From positions 1 through 52,545 of the forward strand of contig NBLK01000002.1 in NCBI GenBank assembly GCA_002084505.1: DNA of 52,545 nt, read 5' to 3'. This stretch comes from Rickettsiaceae bacterium 4572_127 (lineage in GTDB: Bacteria; Pseudomonadota; Alphaproteobacteria; Rs-D84; NBLK01). The notes beneath the pieces were generated by a model that worked only from the letters and a program-made list of their open reading frames with translations, made no database searches and was not told the DNA's origin. Below, piece by piece: positions 1-7,982 of the stretch (the first letter of the stretch is position 1; every line of letters starts with the position of its first letter). Made by a program: the position numbers and the translations under genes.

Positions 1-1310
1 GCTTCTTGTATCCTAATAGCTAATTTATTAAATTCATCAATACTAGATATTTTATCTTTAAAACCGTCTTTTTTACTAGTATAAAATTTTTTAACCCTCA
101 ATAGTTTAGAGATTTTTCTAGGAACAATTCCAAGTGTTCTATTTTCTAAAGTACTAGCATCGCTTCCTAAAAAAATGGAATAATTTGTTGGCATGTATTT
201 TTTAGCAAACCCATCTAAGGCATCGGCACGATTTTCAAACTCAGCATACCATTTTCTCATTTGAAAGAAAGTTCCTGAATTTATTACATTAAAACCAATA
301 CTTAAACCTGCATCAAAAAGATTAGTTAACGGATTATCGCCAAATGCTGATTGAGAAGGTTTGTGCCACTTCCAAAGTAAATTAGGCCTTTTGTTTTTTT
401 CGTCATTCCATCCAGCAAATTTTCCATACCTAGTTTGCCAAGTTTGTTTTTGAGATGCTCTTATTGATTTAGCAGAAGCCATATATGGAGAATTATAATT
501 ATCCGATTCCTTCTTAAAAGTATCAGGCGAAGTTTCTTTTGTTTCCCCTAAACCAACAGGTATTACAAATGAACCTGAGCTAAAGCCACGATGTTTTTCA
601 TAAGTGTCTTCTGTTGTTTTTAGTATCTCATCAAGATTAGTTGACGAAATGTCAGTTTTTAGCTTATTAACACCATTTACCTCTTCATAATTATCAGAAT
701 CTAAGTTTTTTAGCTCAACCTTTTCGGCTAGCTTATTTATTTTAGAGACTTTTTCTTTGTTTTCTTTTATTTTATTTAAGTCATCAATAATTGTATTAGC
801 CGTAAAATTATTATAAATATGATTTGCTAGATCTTTTTGATCAGCGGGAAAATTAAAGTATTTTTCATTTGCCAAAACAACGTCAGGAGAAAGTTCGGAG
901 CTATCAGTTGAATTTCTAAAAGAGCGAACTTGTTCAAATTGCTTTCTTTTAGTTTCATAATTTTTAACATTTTCAACAAATGCCTTCTGCTCGGGATCAG
1001 ATTTACCATTAAAAAATGCTTCTCGTTTTTCAACATCTTCTTCTTCTAAAATTTCAAGAGCATCTGGGAAAACAGCCTTTCTTTCTTTATATTTTGCCTT
1101 TTCCTCAGTCGTCAGCTCTATACCTGCCTCATTGCTATCAGAAAGCTCTTTATAGAATTTATCCCACATTTTATGATCTTGATTTAAGTCATCAATTTTT
1201 GTATCCAGTTTTATCTTTTCTCTTTCTGAATTGTTTTGCAGACTTTTTATGTAAATTAATCTCTCTGAATTTAGCTTTGCATACAATCCCTCAAATGTTT
1301 TATAACTCAT
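1..1310 (-). CDS. hypothetical protein, N-terminal part (ORF runs off the window start)
   Basis: Hand translation of the minus strand from ATG at 1310 (SD-like AAGGTG at 1315-1320) gives MSYKTFEGLYAKLNSERLIYIKSLQNNSEREKIKLDTKIDDLNQDHKMWDKFYKEL... I saw no in-frame stop down to position 1, which would explain its absence from the complete-ORF track. No family recognised. Confidence 0.55.
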   Translation of the reverse strand, partial: MSYKTFEGLYAKLNSERLIYIKSLQNNSEREKIKLDTKIDDLNQDHKMWDKFYKELSDSNEAGIELTTEEKAKYKERKAVFPDALEILEEEDVEKREAFFNGKSDPEQKAFVENVKNYETKRKQFEQVRSFRNSTDSSELSPDVVLANEKYFNFPADQKDLANHIYNNFTANTIIDDLNKIKENKEKVSKINKLAEKVELKNLDSDNYEEVNGVNKLKTDISSTNLDEILKTTEDTYEKHRGFSSGSFVIPVGLGETKETSPDTFKKESDNYNSPYMASAKSIRASQKQTWQTRYGKFAGWNDEKNKRPNLLWKWHKPSQSAFGDNPLTNLFDAGLSIGFNVINSGTFFQMRKWYAEFENRADALDGFAKKYMPTNYSIFLGSDASTLENRTLGIVPRKISKLLRVKKFYTSKKDGFKDKISSIDEFNKLAIRIQE

Positions 1311-1380
1311 TTTTCACCTTTTATTTTTGTTTTTATTTTGTTATAATACTTATATAGCATAGTTAGTTGGAGTTGTCAAG

Positions 1381-2634
1381 GTGTATTTCGTTTTAATTTT
1401 ATTTTTTTTCTTATCCCCTCTCTCTGCCTTTGCATTAGGGTTTGAAACCATTATAGGAGATGTATTTGGGGACAATATAGTCTCCGGAATCTATGCAGGA
1501 CATGCTACTTGTTGGTCTTGTCCTTATGTTATGCAAATCATAGATCTGTTTTCCACTATCTCTGTTTCTATCTACAAAGACCTCGCTCCTGCAATGATAA
1601 TTTTACTAGGAGTAACACTCGTCGGCTACATAGTCTATAAAATGATTACAGGTTTTTTTGGATTATCAATGCCTACCGCCACAAATCTCCTAGAAGATCT
1701 CGGTCCGAAATTTTTCGCAGCTATTATTATTGTCCCAATTCTTTTAATGCCTACTCCTAAATTTGTATATAACTATATGGTTGAGCCTTTAATTGGATTA
1801 GGAGCAGGATATGGAAATAAAATGATGGAAGTCGTCGCTGGTGCGGATGTAAAATCTTATTGTCTTTTGCAATACATGGAATCAGACAAAACAGCATCAC
1901 AGGACTCAGCTTTTTCTGCTAATTTTCGCCAAAGTGTAGTATGCTCAGTCTCTCAATCACATCAAATAAACGCATTAGGGCTTTCTCTTGGAACAGCACT
2001 GTTAATGAATTCCTATAAATCTAAAAACTTAAAATGGGGATTTTTACCGAACTTAGGAATGACAGCATCGGGAATAGTTATATTTCTAGCATACTTTATT
2101 TCTTTGATTTTATACCCTATGCTGTTAATTGGAGCATTGTTTGAACTAGGATTTATACTAGCTTTTTTACCATTTATATTATTTTCATTTATCGTAACAA
2201 GGGGAAAAGAGAAAGTTCCTTTTTTAGACGGAGCTTTTGATGCTGGGATAAAGCATTTAAGAAAAGCTAGTATGATGTTTTTATTTCTGCCATTTATGTT
2301 ATCCATTTCACACATGATCTTTCAAACAGGCTTGGGGATGGAAAGCATTGGTTATAAACAACTTGCGGAATTAATTCAAAAAGGAGACATAGATAAAATA
2401 GGAGAGATCTTAAAGTTCGGTTCAAAAGATATGTTGTTTCTTGCTTTTATTGGAATTCTAAATGGATACTTACTAGCTAATACAAAAGAAATTGCGGGGT
2501 GGTTTGGATTTACTTATGATGACAAATTAGTTCAGTGGACAAACAACTCTTATAAACAAACAACAAAATTTGCTAGCGAAAAAGGAAAAGCAGGTTGGGC
2601 GAAAATACAAAAATGGCGAGGAAAGAAGAAATAG
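1381..2634 (+). CDS. polytopic membrane protein, unknown function
   Basis: 417-aa ORF with a GTG start. Signal-like N-terminus (LSPLSAFALG), several long hydrophobic segments, a CWSCP motif and a basic C-terminal tail (KWRGKKK). Divergent from the 1-1310 ORF. A VirB6/TrbL-like topology is only a guess. Confidence 0.6.
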   Translation: MYFVLILFFFLSPLSAFALGFETIIGDVFGDNIVSGIYAGHATCWSCPYVMQIIDLFSTISVSIYKDLAPAMIILLGVTLVGYIVYKMITGFFGLSMPTATNLLEDLGPKFFAAIIIVPILLMPTPKFVYNYMVEPLIGLGAGYGNKMMEVVAGADVKSYCLLQYMESDKTASQDSAFSANFRQSVVCSVSQSHQINALGLSLGTALLMNSYKSKNLKWGFLPNLGMTASGIVIFLAYFISLILYPMLLIGALFELGFILAFLPFILFSFIVTRGKEKVPFLDGAFDAGIKHLRKASMMFLFLPFMLSISHMIFQTGLGMESIGYKQLAELIQKGDIDKIGEILKFGSKDMLFLAFIGILNGYLLANTKEIAGWFGFTYDDKLVQWTNNSYKQTTKFASEKGKAGWAKIQKWRGKKK

Positions 2635-2664
2635 AATTCCTGCAAAAATATTTTTTTGCTGGAA

Positions 2665-2813
2665 AAAAAAGAAAAGCTCACCGACGGGTGTGATTGAAGT
2701 GAGTGAAGCGAACGGTTTTTGTATAGAGAAGGCATAATTTAAGGAAAGCATCGGCCGTTTTGGGCTCTGCTCTTCCGAAAAATTGTGCATAATCTGTGCA
2801 AAAAGTAATCACC
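2665..2813 (+). repeat. degenerate, internally deleted copy of the composite repeat family seen at 10925-11252
   Basis: gaaaagctcaccgacgggtgtgattgaa and ...aattgtgcataatctgtgcaaaaagtaatcacc align by eye with the two ends of the 10925-11252 element (cttaccgacgggagtggttgattta ... gttatgcataatgcgtgcaaaaagcaatcacc). Confidence 0.5.
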
Positions 2814-2840
2814 TATATTATAATACAGAAAGATCAATAA

Positions 2841-3413
2841 ATGAATTTTACTAAAAATCTTAAATTAATTCTACCGGGGCTAGCATTTTTTATTTTGCTA
2901 TTGTTATTTTTATTCCCAGAATTCCAAGCTATAAAAGAAGAAACAAAATTAAAAATCCCTAAAATAGACATTAAAAATCCTTCGCTTTTCCAAATTGAAG
3001 GTGCTAGATTTTTTGCTTATGACTTAAAGGGCAGACCTTTTTCTATTGAGATAAAAAAAGCCACTGAAAAAAACTCAAAAGACAATATTGTTTTTTTTGA
3101 AAACATTGAAGGAGAAATCCAACTAGATGGGCAAAACTGGGTTGTTTTTGAAGCAGGAAAAGGGCATTTTGACATTGAAAAAAAAATAATGTATCTTTTT
3201 AATTCAGTTTCAATTATGAGCAATGAGGGTTATTATATAGACGGAGATCAGATGGAAATAAATATAGAAACAATGTTTGCTAAAAGCTCTTCACATATTG
3301 TAGCCCATGGAAATTTTGGAAATTTAGAAGCTAATGGTTTTGAATATGTCGCAGGCGAAAAACTGAACTTCAAAGGACCTATAAAAGCTATAGTAAAACC
3401 AAATACTAACTAA
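2841..3413 (+). CDS. lptC: LPS export system protein LptC-like
   Basis: 190 aa with a single N-terminal membrane anchor and a beta-rich body. Sits immediately upstream of an OstA/LptA-like gene, which is the classic lptC-lptA order. Confidence 0.55.
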   Translation: MNFTKNLKLILPGLAFFILLLLFLFPEFQAIKEETKLKIPKIDIKNPSLFQIEGARFFAYDLKGRPFSIEIKKATEKNSKDNIVFFENIEGEIQLDGQNWVVFEAGKGHFDIEKKIMYLFNSVSIMSNEGYYIDGDQMEINIETMFAKSSSHIVAHGNFGNLEANGFEYVAGEKLNFKGPIKAIVKPNTN

Positions 3414-3425
3414 GGAGACGTAAAA

Positions 3426-4154
3426 ATGAGACTTTTTTTATTTTTTTTACTTTTGCCAATAGTTGTTTTTTCTAAATCAAATATAGAATTAACAGCGACA
3501 AAAGCACTAGAATGGCAAATGAAAAGCAAGTCAGTAGTTGCAATTGGCTCCGCAAAAGTAGTTTACAACAAAATGATAATAACAGCAGAAAGAATCACTG
3601 GGTATTATTCCGACGATGGAAAAAACAAGAATTTTTATAAATTAGTTGCAAAAGGAAATGTAAATATAAAAAACTCTTCTTCAAAGATTGAAACTCAAAA
3701 ACTAGAATATAATTTAACTAGCGAGATTTTAATTTTGACTGGAAATCCTTGGACTAGATTGATTCATGAAAGTGCTCTTTTGTCGTCAAAATTACCTATA
3801 ACTTTTAATAATAAAACAAAAGAAGCAAAAGTAAAAAACGCAGAAATAAAACATGAAAATAGAATCCTAACTGCCCCTATTTTGACAGCATATTTTTCTC
3901 AATCGAATTCTTTCGAAAAGGCAGTTACGACTGGAAAAACAACATTAAAAACAGAAGAAGAGACCTTAACTAGCGACTCTGCAGAATACGATTCTAAGAA
4001 AGGAATCGCCACATTAAAAAACAATGTTTTTCTAAAAAGAACAGATGGAACTACACTAAAAGGAGGAAAGTTAGTCTATGATATGAACAAAGGATTCTCG
4101 CGACTATATGCCGATAATTCTAGCGGAAAAGTAATCGGCATTTTTGAAAAATAA
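3426..4154 (+). CDS. lptA: LPS transport periplasmic protein LptA (OstA N-terminal-like)
   Basis: 242 aa with a signal peptide (LLLPIVVFS) and repeated beta-jellyroll-like segments (ITAERITGYY, LILTGNPW, LKGGKLVYDM). SD GGAG lies upstream. Position after lptC supports the call. Confidence 0.65.
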   Translation: MRLFLFFLLLPIVVFSKSNIELTATKALEWQMKSKSVVAIGSAKVVYNKMIITAERITGYYSDDGKNKNFYKLVAKGNVNIKNSSSKIETQKLEYNLTSEILILTGNPWTRLIHESALLSSKLPITFNNKTKEAKVKNAEIKHENRILTAPILTAYFSQSNSFEKAVTTGKTTLKTEEETLTSDSAEYDSKKGIATLKNNVFLKRTDGTTLKGGKLVYDMNKGFSRLYADNSSGKVIGIFEK

Positions 4155-4162
4155 TAAAAAAT

Positions 4163-4406
4163 GTCATTCCTGCGAAGGCAAGAATCTCTCAATACAGAAT
4201 CTTTTTACTCTCTATAAAAACAAAAAACGATGGAGAAAATCCGCACCTAATATATCTATTGTAGGGGCATCCCTTGTGGGTGCCCTAAAAAACTGTCATT
4301 CCTGCGGAGGCAGGAATCTCACCGAACCGAATCCTTCTTCCTTGCTTATCACCCTCCCCTTGTGGGAGGGTCAAAATATCTTTAGATATTTTGGGGAGGG
4401 GTAAAA
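4163..4406 (+). repeat. cluster of palindromic repeat modules (A, A, B)
   Basis: Module A gtcattcctgcgaaggcaagaatctc at 4163-4188 and 4295-4320. A small hairpin ggggcatcccttgtgggtgccc lies near 4263-4285. Module B ttatcaccctccccttgtgggagggtcaaaatatctttagatattttggggaggggtaaaa at 4346-4406 abuts the xerD stop. ORF 4144-4404 is a translation artefact of these repeats. Confidence 0.85.
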
Positions 4407-4408
4407 AA

Positions 4409-5287
4409 CTAATCTCGTTTAGCCAAAGGATGATTCTTAAAAACAGCTTCTTTCATTTCATCGTCCATGATATTTGTGTAAATCTCAGTAGTTGAAAGAT
4501 CTTCATGCCCTAATAACATCTGAACACTTCGCAAGTCCGCCCCATTCCGCAATAAATGAGAAGCAAACGAATGCCGAAAAGCATGAGCTGAAATTTTACT
4601 AGGAGAAATCCCACAAACGACTGCATGTTTTTTTAGAGCCTTTGAAAATGCACTTCTGGAATAAATTAAAGTTCCCTTTTTAGATGGAAATAAAAAATCG
4701 CTTTTTTGACCTTTTTTTGTAAAAAATTCTCGCACCTTTAAATAATCACTTAGGGCATTTTGAGCTGTCTCATGAAAAGGAACAACTCTATCTTTGTTTC
4801 CTTTTCCAGTAATATGCAAAGCCGTCTTTTCATTTATAATTGAAGTAAGTTTTAGACTAAGTAATTCGGAAATTCGTAATCCGCTAGCATATAAAAGCTC
4901 AATCATTGCTCGCATTCTAATTCCGTCAGGTTTTGAATTACAGTTTTCTAGAAGATTTTTTATTTCATTTTGAGAAAGCTCTTTTGGAAGAGATTTTTCT
5001 ATTTTTGGCAAGTCGATTGATTTAGCAGGGTTGTCTTTGCGAACTCCCTCTAAAATTAAAAAACGAAAATATCGTCGGAGAGAAGAAACTCGCCGAGCCT
5101 GTGTTTTAGCGGAAAGCCCTCTTTTAGTGCAGTTCTGTATGTAATTTTCTAAATCGGAAATGGTGGCTGTTTCTATTGGATTTTTTATGAAATCATTAAC
5201 CTCGTTCAAATCATGGGAATAGGAAATTATAGTGTTATCACTTGCCCCACGAACCCCCGCCATCATATCTAAAAATTCATTTATCAT
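4409..5287 (-). CDS. xerD: site-specific tyrosine recombinase XerD
   Basis: 292 aa. N-terminal core-binding domain (RGASDNTIISYSHDL, ARRVSSLRRYFRFL). Catalytic C-terminus (GLRISELLSL, HAFRHSFASHLL, LLGHEDLSTTEIYTNI). XerD versus XerC assignment rests on overall similarity only. Confidence 0.8.
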   Translation of the reverse strand: MINEFLDMMAGVRGASDNTIISYSHDLNEVNDFIKNPIETATISDLENYIQNCTKRGLSAKTQARRVSSLRRYFRFLILEGVRKDNPAKSIDLPKIEKSLPKELSQNEIKNLLENCNSKPDGIRMRAMIELLYASGLRISELLSLKLTSIINEKTALHITGKGNKDRVVPFHETAQNALSDYLKVREFFTKKGQKSDFLFPSKKGTLIYSRSAFSKALKKHAVVCGISPSKISAHAFRHSFASHLLRNGADLRSVQMLLGHEDLSTTEIYTNIMDDEMKEAVFKNHPLAKRD

Positions 5288-5349
5288 ACTAAGATCTTTC
5301 TTATTAACGGTGAAATTCTCTTTTATTATTTCGCAACAATAACTCTAGA

Positions 5350-6165
5350 TTAAAATACTGGAACAAGTTTATTCGGATTATAAGCATCAAAAAAGTTATT
5401 ACTTTCTCCGTGAGAAATTGGCTCTCCAACAAACATCTTATACTCAATCGTTCGTCTAGTATCAGCATAGGCATAGGACAAAAAAGCCTCTTTTAACTTA
5501 GTCTTAAAACTTGCATCAGCCATAGGAACAGTTCTCAAAACTTTAAGAATACTGCTTTTGAAAAATCTCCCACAGCCTCCAAAACAAAAAGAAACGAGAG
5601 CATCAAACTGCCCTTGATTTAGTGAAAGCCCAAGCCCTCCAATGCCTCCTTTGTCTCCAAAATACTTTCCTGTTTTTACTACGGCGTTCATCACGCATTT
5701 TTCACGAATTGCAATATCTTCCCTAAGCAAAGCCTGAACATTTTCATGAGTCATCGCTCTGTATTTTACACCATTTATTTCATGAACTGTTTCTAATACA
5801 TGTTTTTCTATTGCTAAATGCCCAAACCCTATTGTCGGATATCCCTTAGGATATTTCGCCACTCCTTTTTTTCCATCATAGTATGCAATATGCATATTTC
5901 CTGTTTTTACATAAGCCTCCCATCCCATTAAATAATTAGAAAGCCCCGCACTAGCAGTAGTCGCAACTGAATTATCTGTTTCAACACTGTCTTCTTGTTC
6001 GGTTGAGGAAGTATCCTCTAATAACGAATTTATTTTTTTAACGAACTCCGCAACATTAAATTCAACTTTGTTGTTATGTGAAACTTCTTCTTGTTGAGTA
6101 GCTGAAAGCGAAAAACTGGCAAAAATAAGAATCGTAAAAAAAATGAATAACTTGTATTTTATCAT
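5350..6165 (-). CDS. secreted GH24 (phage-type) lysozyme
   Basis: I start at ATG 6165 (MIKYKLFIFFTILIFASFSLSA, a signal peptide). Lysozyme motifs GWEAY...YYDGKKG...GYPTIGFGH and LNQGQFDALVSFCF are present. The track ORF extended to 6453 runs antisense to truB and is rejected. Confidence 0.7.
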   Translation of the reverse strand: MIKYKLFIFFTILIFASFSLSATQQEEVSHNNKVEFNVAEFVKKINSLLEDTSSTEQEDSVETDNSVATTASAGLSNYLMGWEAYVKTGNMHIAYYDGKKGVAKYPKGYPTIGFGHLAIEKHVLETVHEINGVKYRAMTHENVQALLREDIAIREKCVMNAVVKTGKYFGDKGGIGGLGLSLNQGQFDALVSFCFGGCGRFFKSSILKVLRTVPMADASFKTKLKEAFLSYAYADTRRTIEYKMFVGEPISHGESNNFFDAYNPNKLVPVF

Positions 6166-6187
6166 AACATATATTATAACACATATT

Positions 6188-7102
6188 ATGAATATAGACA
6201 AGAAAAATGGTTGGGTGGTAATTGATAAACCGCTGGGAATGACATCAACACAAGTAATTGGAAAAGTTCGGCGGATTATCGGCACTAAAAAAGTCGGACA
6301 TGTTGGCACATTAGACCCACTCGCGAGTGGAGTTTTACCTATAGCAATCGGAGAAGCAACTAAAACAATTCCTTTCTTAACAGATTCAACAAAAGAATAT
6401 ATTTTTACTATCTTTTTCGGACTAGAAACAGAAACAGGAGACTTAGAAAACATCGACTCTAAAACTTTAGAATCATCAAAAACATCAATTTCAGCTGGAA
6501 AAGTCGCTAAAATTCTTCCAAAATTTATAGGAGAAATAACTCAAATTCCTCCTAAGTTCTCTGCTATAAAAATCAAAGGCGAGGCTCTTTATAAAAAAGC
6601 TAGAAGAGGTGAATCTGTCAAAGTCCCCTCTCGAATTGTAGAAATCAAAGAATTAGAAATTTTAGAACAGCCCGCTCCACACTCATTAACCTTGCGATGC
6701 CTTTGCGGACAAGGAACATACATCCGAACATTAGCAGAAGATATTGCAAAAGCTGTCGGTGAAAAAGGTGTAGTTTCATATTTGCATCGCACGAAATCAG
6801 GAGTTTTTTCACTAAAAGATTCTTTTTCACTGGAAAAACTAGAAAAGGTTGTATATAATAATAGCGAATCGCTAAGCAAGGTTAATTTTTTTGTTCCTTT
6901 GGATAAAGTTCTGGCCGACATCCCGGTTTTATCTATAACAAAAGAGGAAGAAGAAAAAATACGAAAAGGACAAAAAGTCCAACATGATACATCGCTAAAA
7001 ATGATGAGATTGATTTGTAATAGTAACTTAGTTGCGATCGCAAGTGCGGATGGAGAAAAAATAAAGTCTATTCGTGTATTTAATTTTAACAATTTTAAGT
7101 AA
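6188..7102 (+). CDS. truB: tRNA pseudouridine(55) synthase TruB
   Basis: GWVVIDKPLGMTSTQV, HVGTLDPLASGVLPI (catalytic Asp) and GTYIRTLAEDI. Start moved to ATG 6188 (MNIDKKNGW). Upstream of rpsO as usual. Confidence 0.9.
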   Translation: MNIDKKNGWVVIDKPLGMTSTQVIGKVRRIIGTKKVGHVGTLDPLASGVLPIAIGEATKTIPFLTDSTKEYIFTIFFGLETETGDLENIDSKTLESSKTSISAGKVAKILPKFIGEITQIPPKFSAIKIKGEALYKKARRGESVKVPSRIVEIKELEILEQPAPHSLTLRCLCGQGTYIRTLAEDIAKAVGEKGVVSYLHRTKSGVFSLKDSFSLEKLEKVVYNNSESLSKVNFFVPLDKVLADIPVLSITKEEEEKIRKGQKVQHDTSLKMMRLICNSNLVAIASADGEKIKSIRVFNFNNFK

Positions 7103-7141
7103 ATAAATCTACTTAAAATTTTTATAAAAAGGAGAATCGTG

Positions 7142-7411
7142 ATGTCGATTACGAAAACAACAACTGCAAAACCTATAAAAGAATTTGCTCAAAACGAAAA
7201 AGACACTGGATCAACACCAATACAAGTTGCATCTTTAACTGCTAAAATAAAGCACCTTACAGAGCATTTGAAAATTCATAGAAAAGATTTTGATTGCGAA
7301 TTGTCTTTGACTAAAATGGTTAATAGGCGAAAAAAATTATTAGCTTATTTGAAAAAGAAAAATGAAAAAAGCTACCTTGAGCTAATTAAAAAATTAGGAT
7401 TAAGAAAATAA
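7142..7411 (+). CDS. rpsO: 30S ribosomal protein S15
   Basis: About 89 aa with S15 signatures DTGSTPIQVASLTAKIKHLTEHLK...HRKD and MVNRRKKLLAYLKKK. AAGGAG lies 7 nt before ATG 7142. Confidence 0.9.
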   Translation: MSITKTTTAKPIKEFAQNEKDTGSTPIQVASLTAKIKHLTEHLKIHRKDFDCELSLTKMVNRRKKLLAYLKKKNEKSYLELIKKLGLRK

Positions 7412-7423
7412 GAAGGAATTATT

Positions 7424-7744
7424 ATGGCGAAGAAAAATATCTTTAACAAATTAGAAATTAAAGATAACATTAAGGCACTTCTTGAAACTGAAAACACAAA
7501 AACTATTAACAAGGTTTTACTTTATTTTATCGTTGCTGTTTGTGGTGCTATTATTGCTTTGATAATAGATCTTAATGGACAGATTTATAGGGCAGTTGGA
7601 AAAACAGAAGTTGTAAATCAATTTTATGAAAATAAAATTTACTTTTTAGAAAATAGGATTTCTAAGATGGAAAATCGTTTAAGTAGACAAAAATGCCTTT
7701 TAGATTCAAGTATAAAAAACAAAGGGGGATGTTATGGCAATTAA
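7424..7744 (+). CDS. hypothetical single-pass membrane protein
   Basis: 106 aa with one TM segment (VLLYFIVAVCGAIIALII) and a coiled-coil-like tail. Follows rpsO where pnp is usually found. Confidence 0.45.
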   Translation: MAKKNIFNKLEIKDNIKALLETENTKTINKVLLYFIVAVCGAIIALIIDLNGQIYRAVGKTEVVNQFYENKIYFLENRISKMENRLSRQKCLLDSSIKNKGGCYGN

Positions 7745-7946
7745 AATTGGAGAAAGAGATCTTGCTAGTGAAGTATTAGAATTAAATATCAATTTGAGGA
7801 AAACACAGCTTATTCTTGAAAAAATAATTGAGAAAAATAATATCAAACTTTCGGACAAAGAAGTTTTTGATTCTGAAAAAAATGCATTAAATTTTGTTAG
7901 AGAAAAGTATCCGAATTCCTCAATATCGTTTATTGAAAATAAATAA
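7734..7946 (+). CDS. hypothetical small protein
   Basis: 70 aa. Overlaps the previous ORF by 11 nt, with a GGGGA SD-like sequence upstream, and is followed directly by a terminator. Confidence 0.4.
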   Translation: MAIKIGERDLASEVLELNINLRKTQLILEKIIEKNNIKLSDKEVFDSEKNALNFVREKYPNSSISFIENK

Positions 7947-7949
7947 AAT

Positions 7950-7977
7950 AAAAACTCTCCAAGTGGAGAGTTTTTTT
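7950..7977. terminator. bidirectional rho-independent terminator
   Basis: aaaaaCTCTCCaagtGGAGAGttttttt. A GC stem flanked by an A-run and a T-run, lying between convergent genes (7946 and 7983). Confidence 0.7.
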
Positions 7978-7982
7978 ATTTT

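Noticed and set aside
4144-4404. Track ORFs lying inside repeat clusters (4144-4404, 21730-21933, 26112-26336, 26137-26367, 26324-26509, 28419-28607).
   Set aside because: Their sequences are simply translations of the palindromic modules (VIPAKAGIS, PLAGEVERSS, LPLWEGQN, SPARGEA). They recur in different frames and strands and have no SD.
4346-4406. B modules as canonical rho-independent terminators.
   Set aside because: The hairpins are not followed by a T-run on either strand. Any role in 3'-end formation would have to be non-canonical, so I list them only as repeats.
5350-6165. Prophage, inferred from the GH24 lysozyme.
   Set aside because: No holin, terminase, capsid, tail or integrase genes lie anywhere nearby, and the flanks are xerD and truB.
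6166-6453. N-terminal 96-aa extension of the lysozyme ORF (track call 5350-6453).
   Set aside because: It runs antisense through the conserved 5' part of truB. ATG 6165 gives a proper signal peptide directly.
6589-7092. Long antisense ORFs inside conserved genes (6589-7092 in truB, 51080-51484 in mutL, 31436-31840 in the Cys-rich gene, 12906-13268 in bamB, and others).
   Set aside because: Each lies opposite a gene with strong family motifs. Their composition is low-complexity and they lack SDs.
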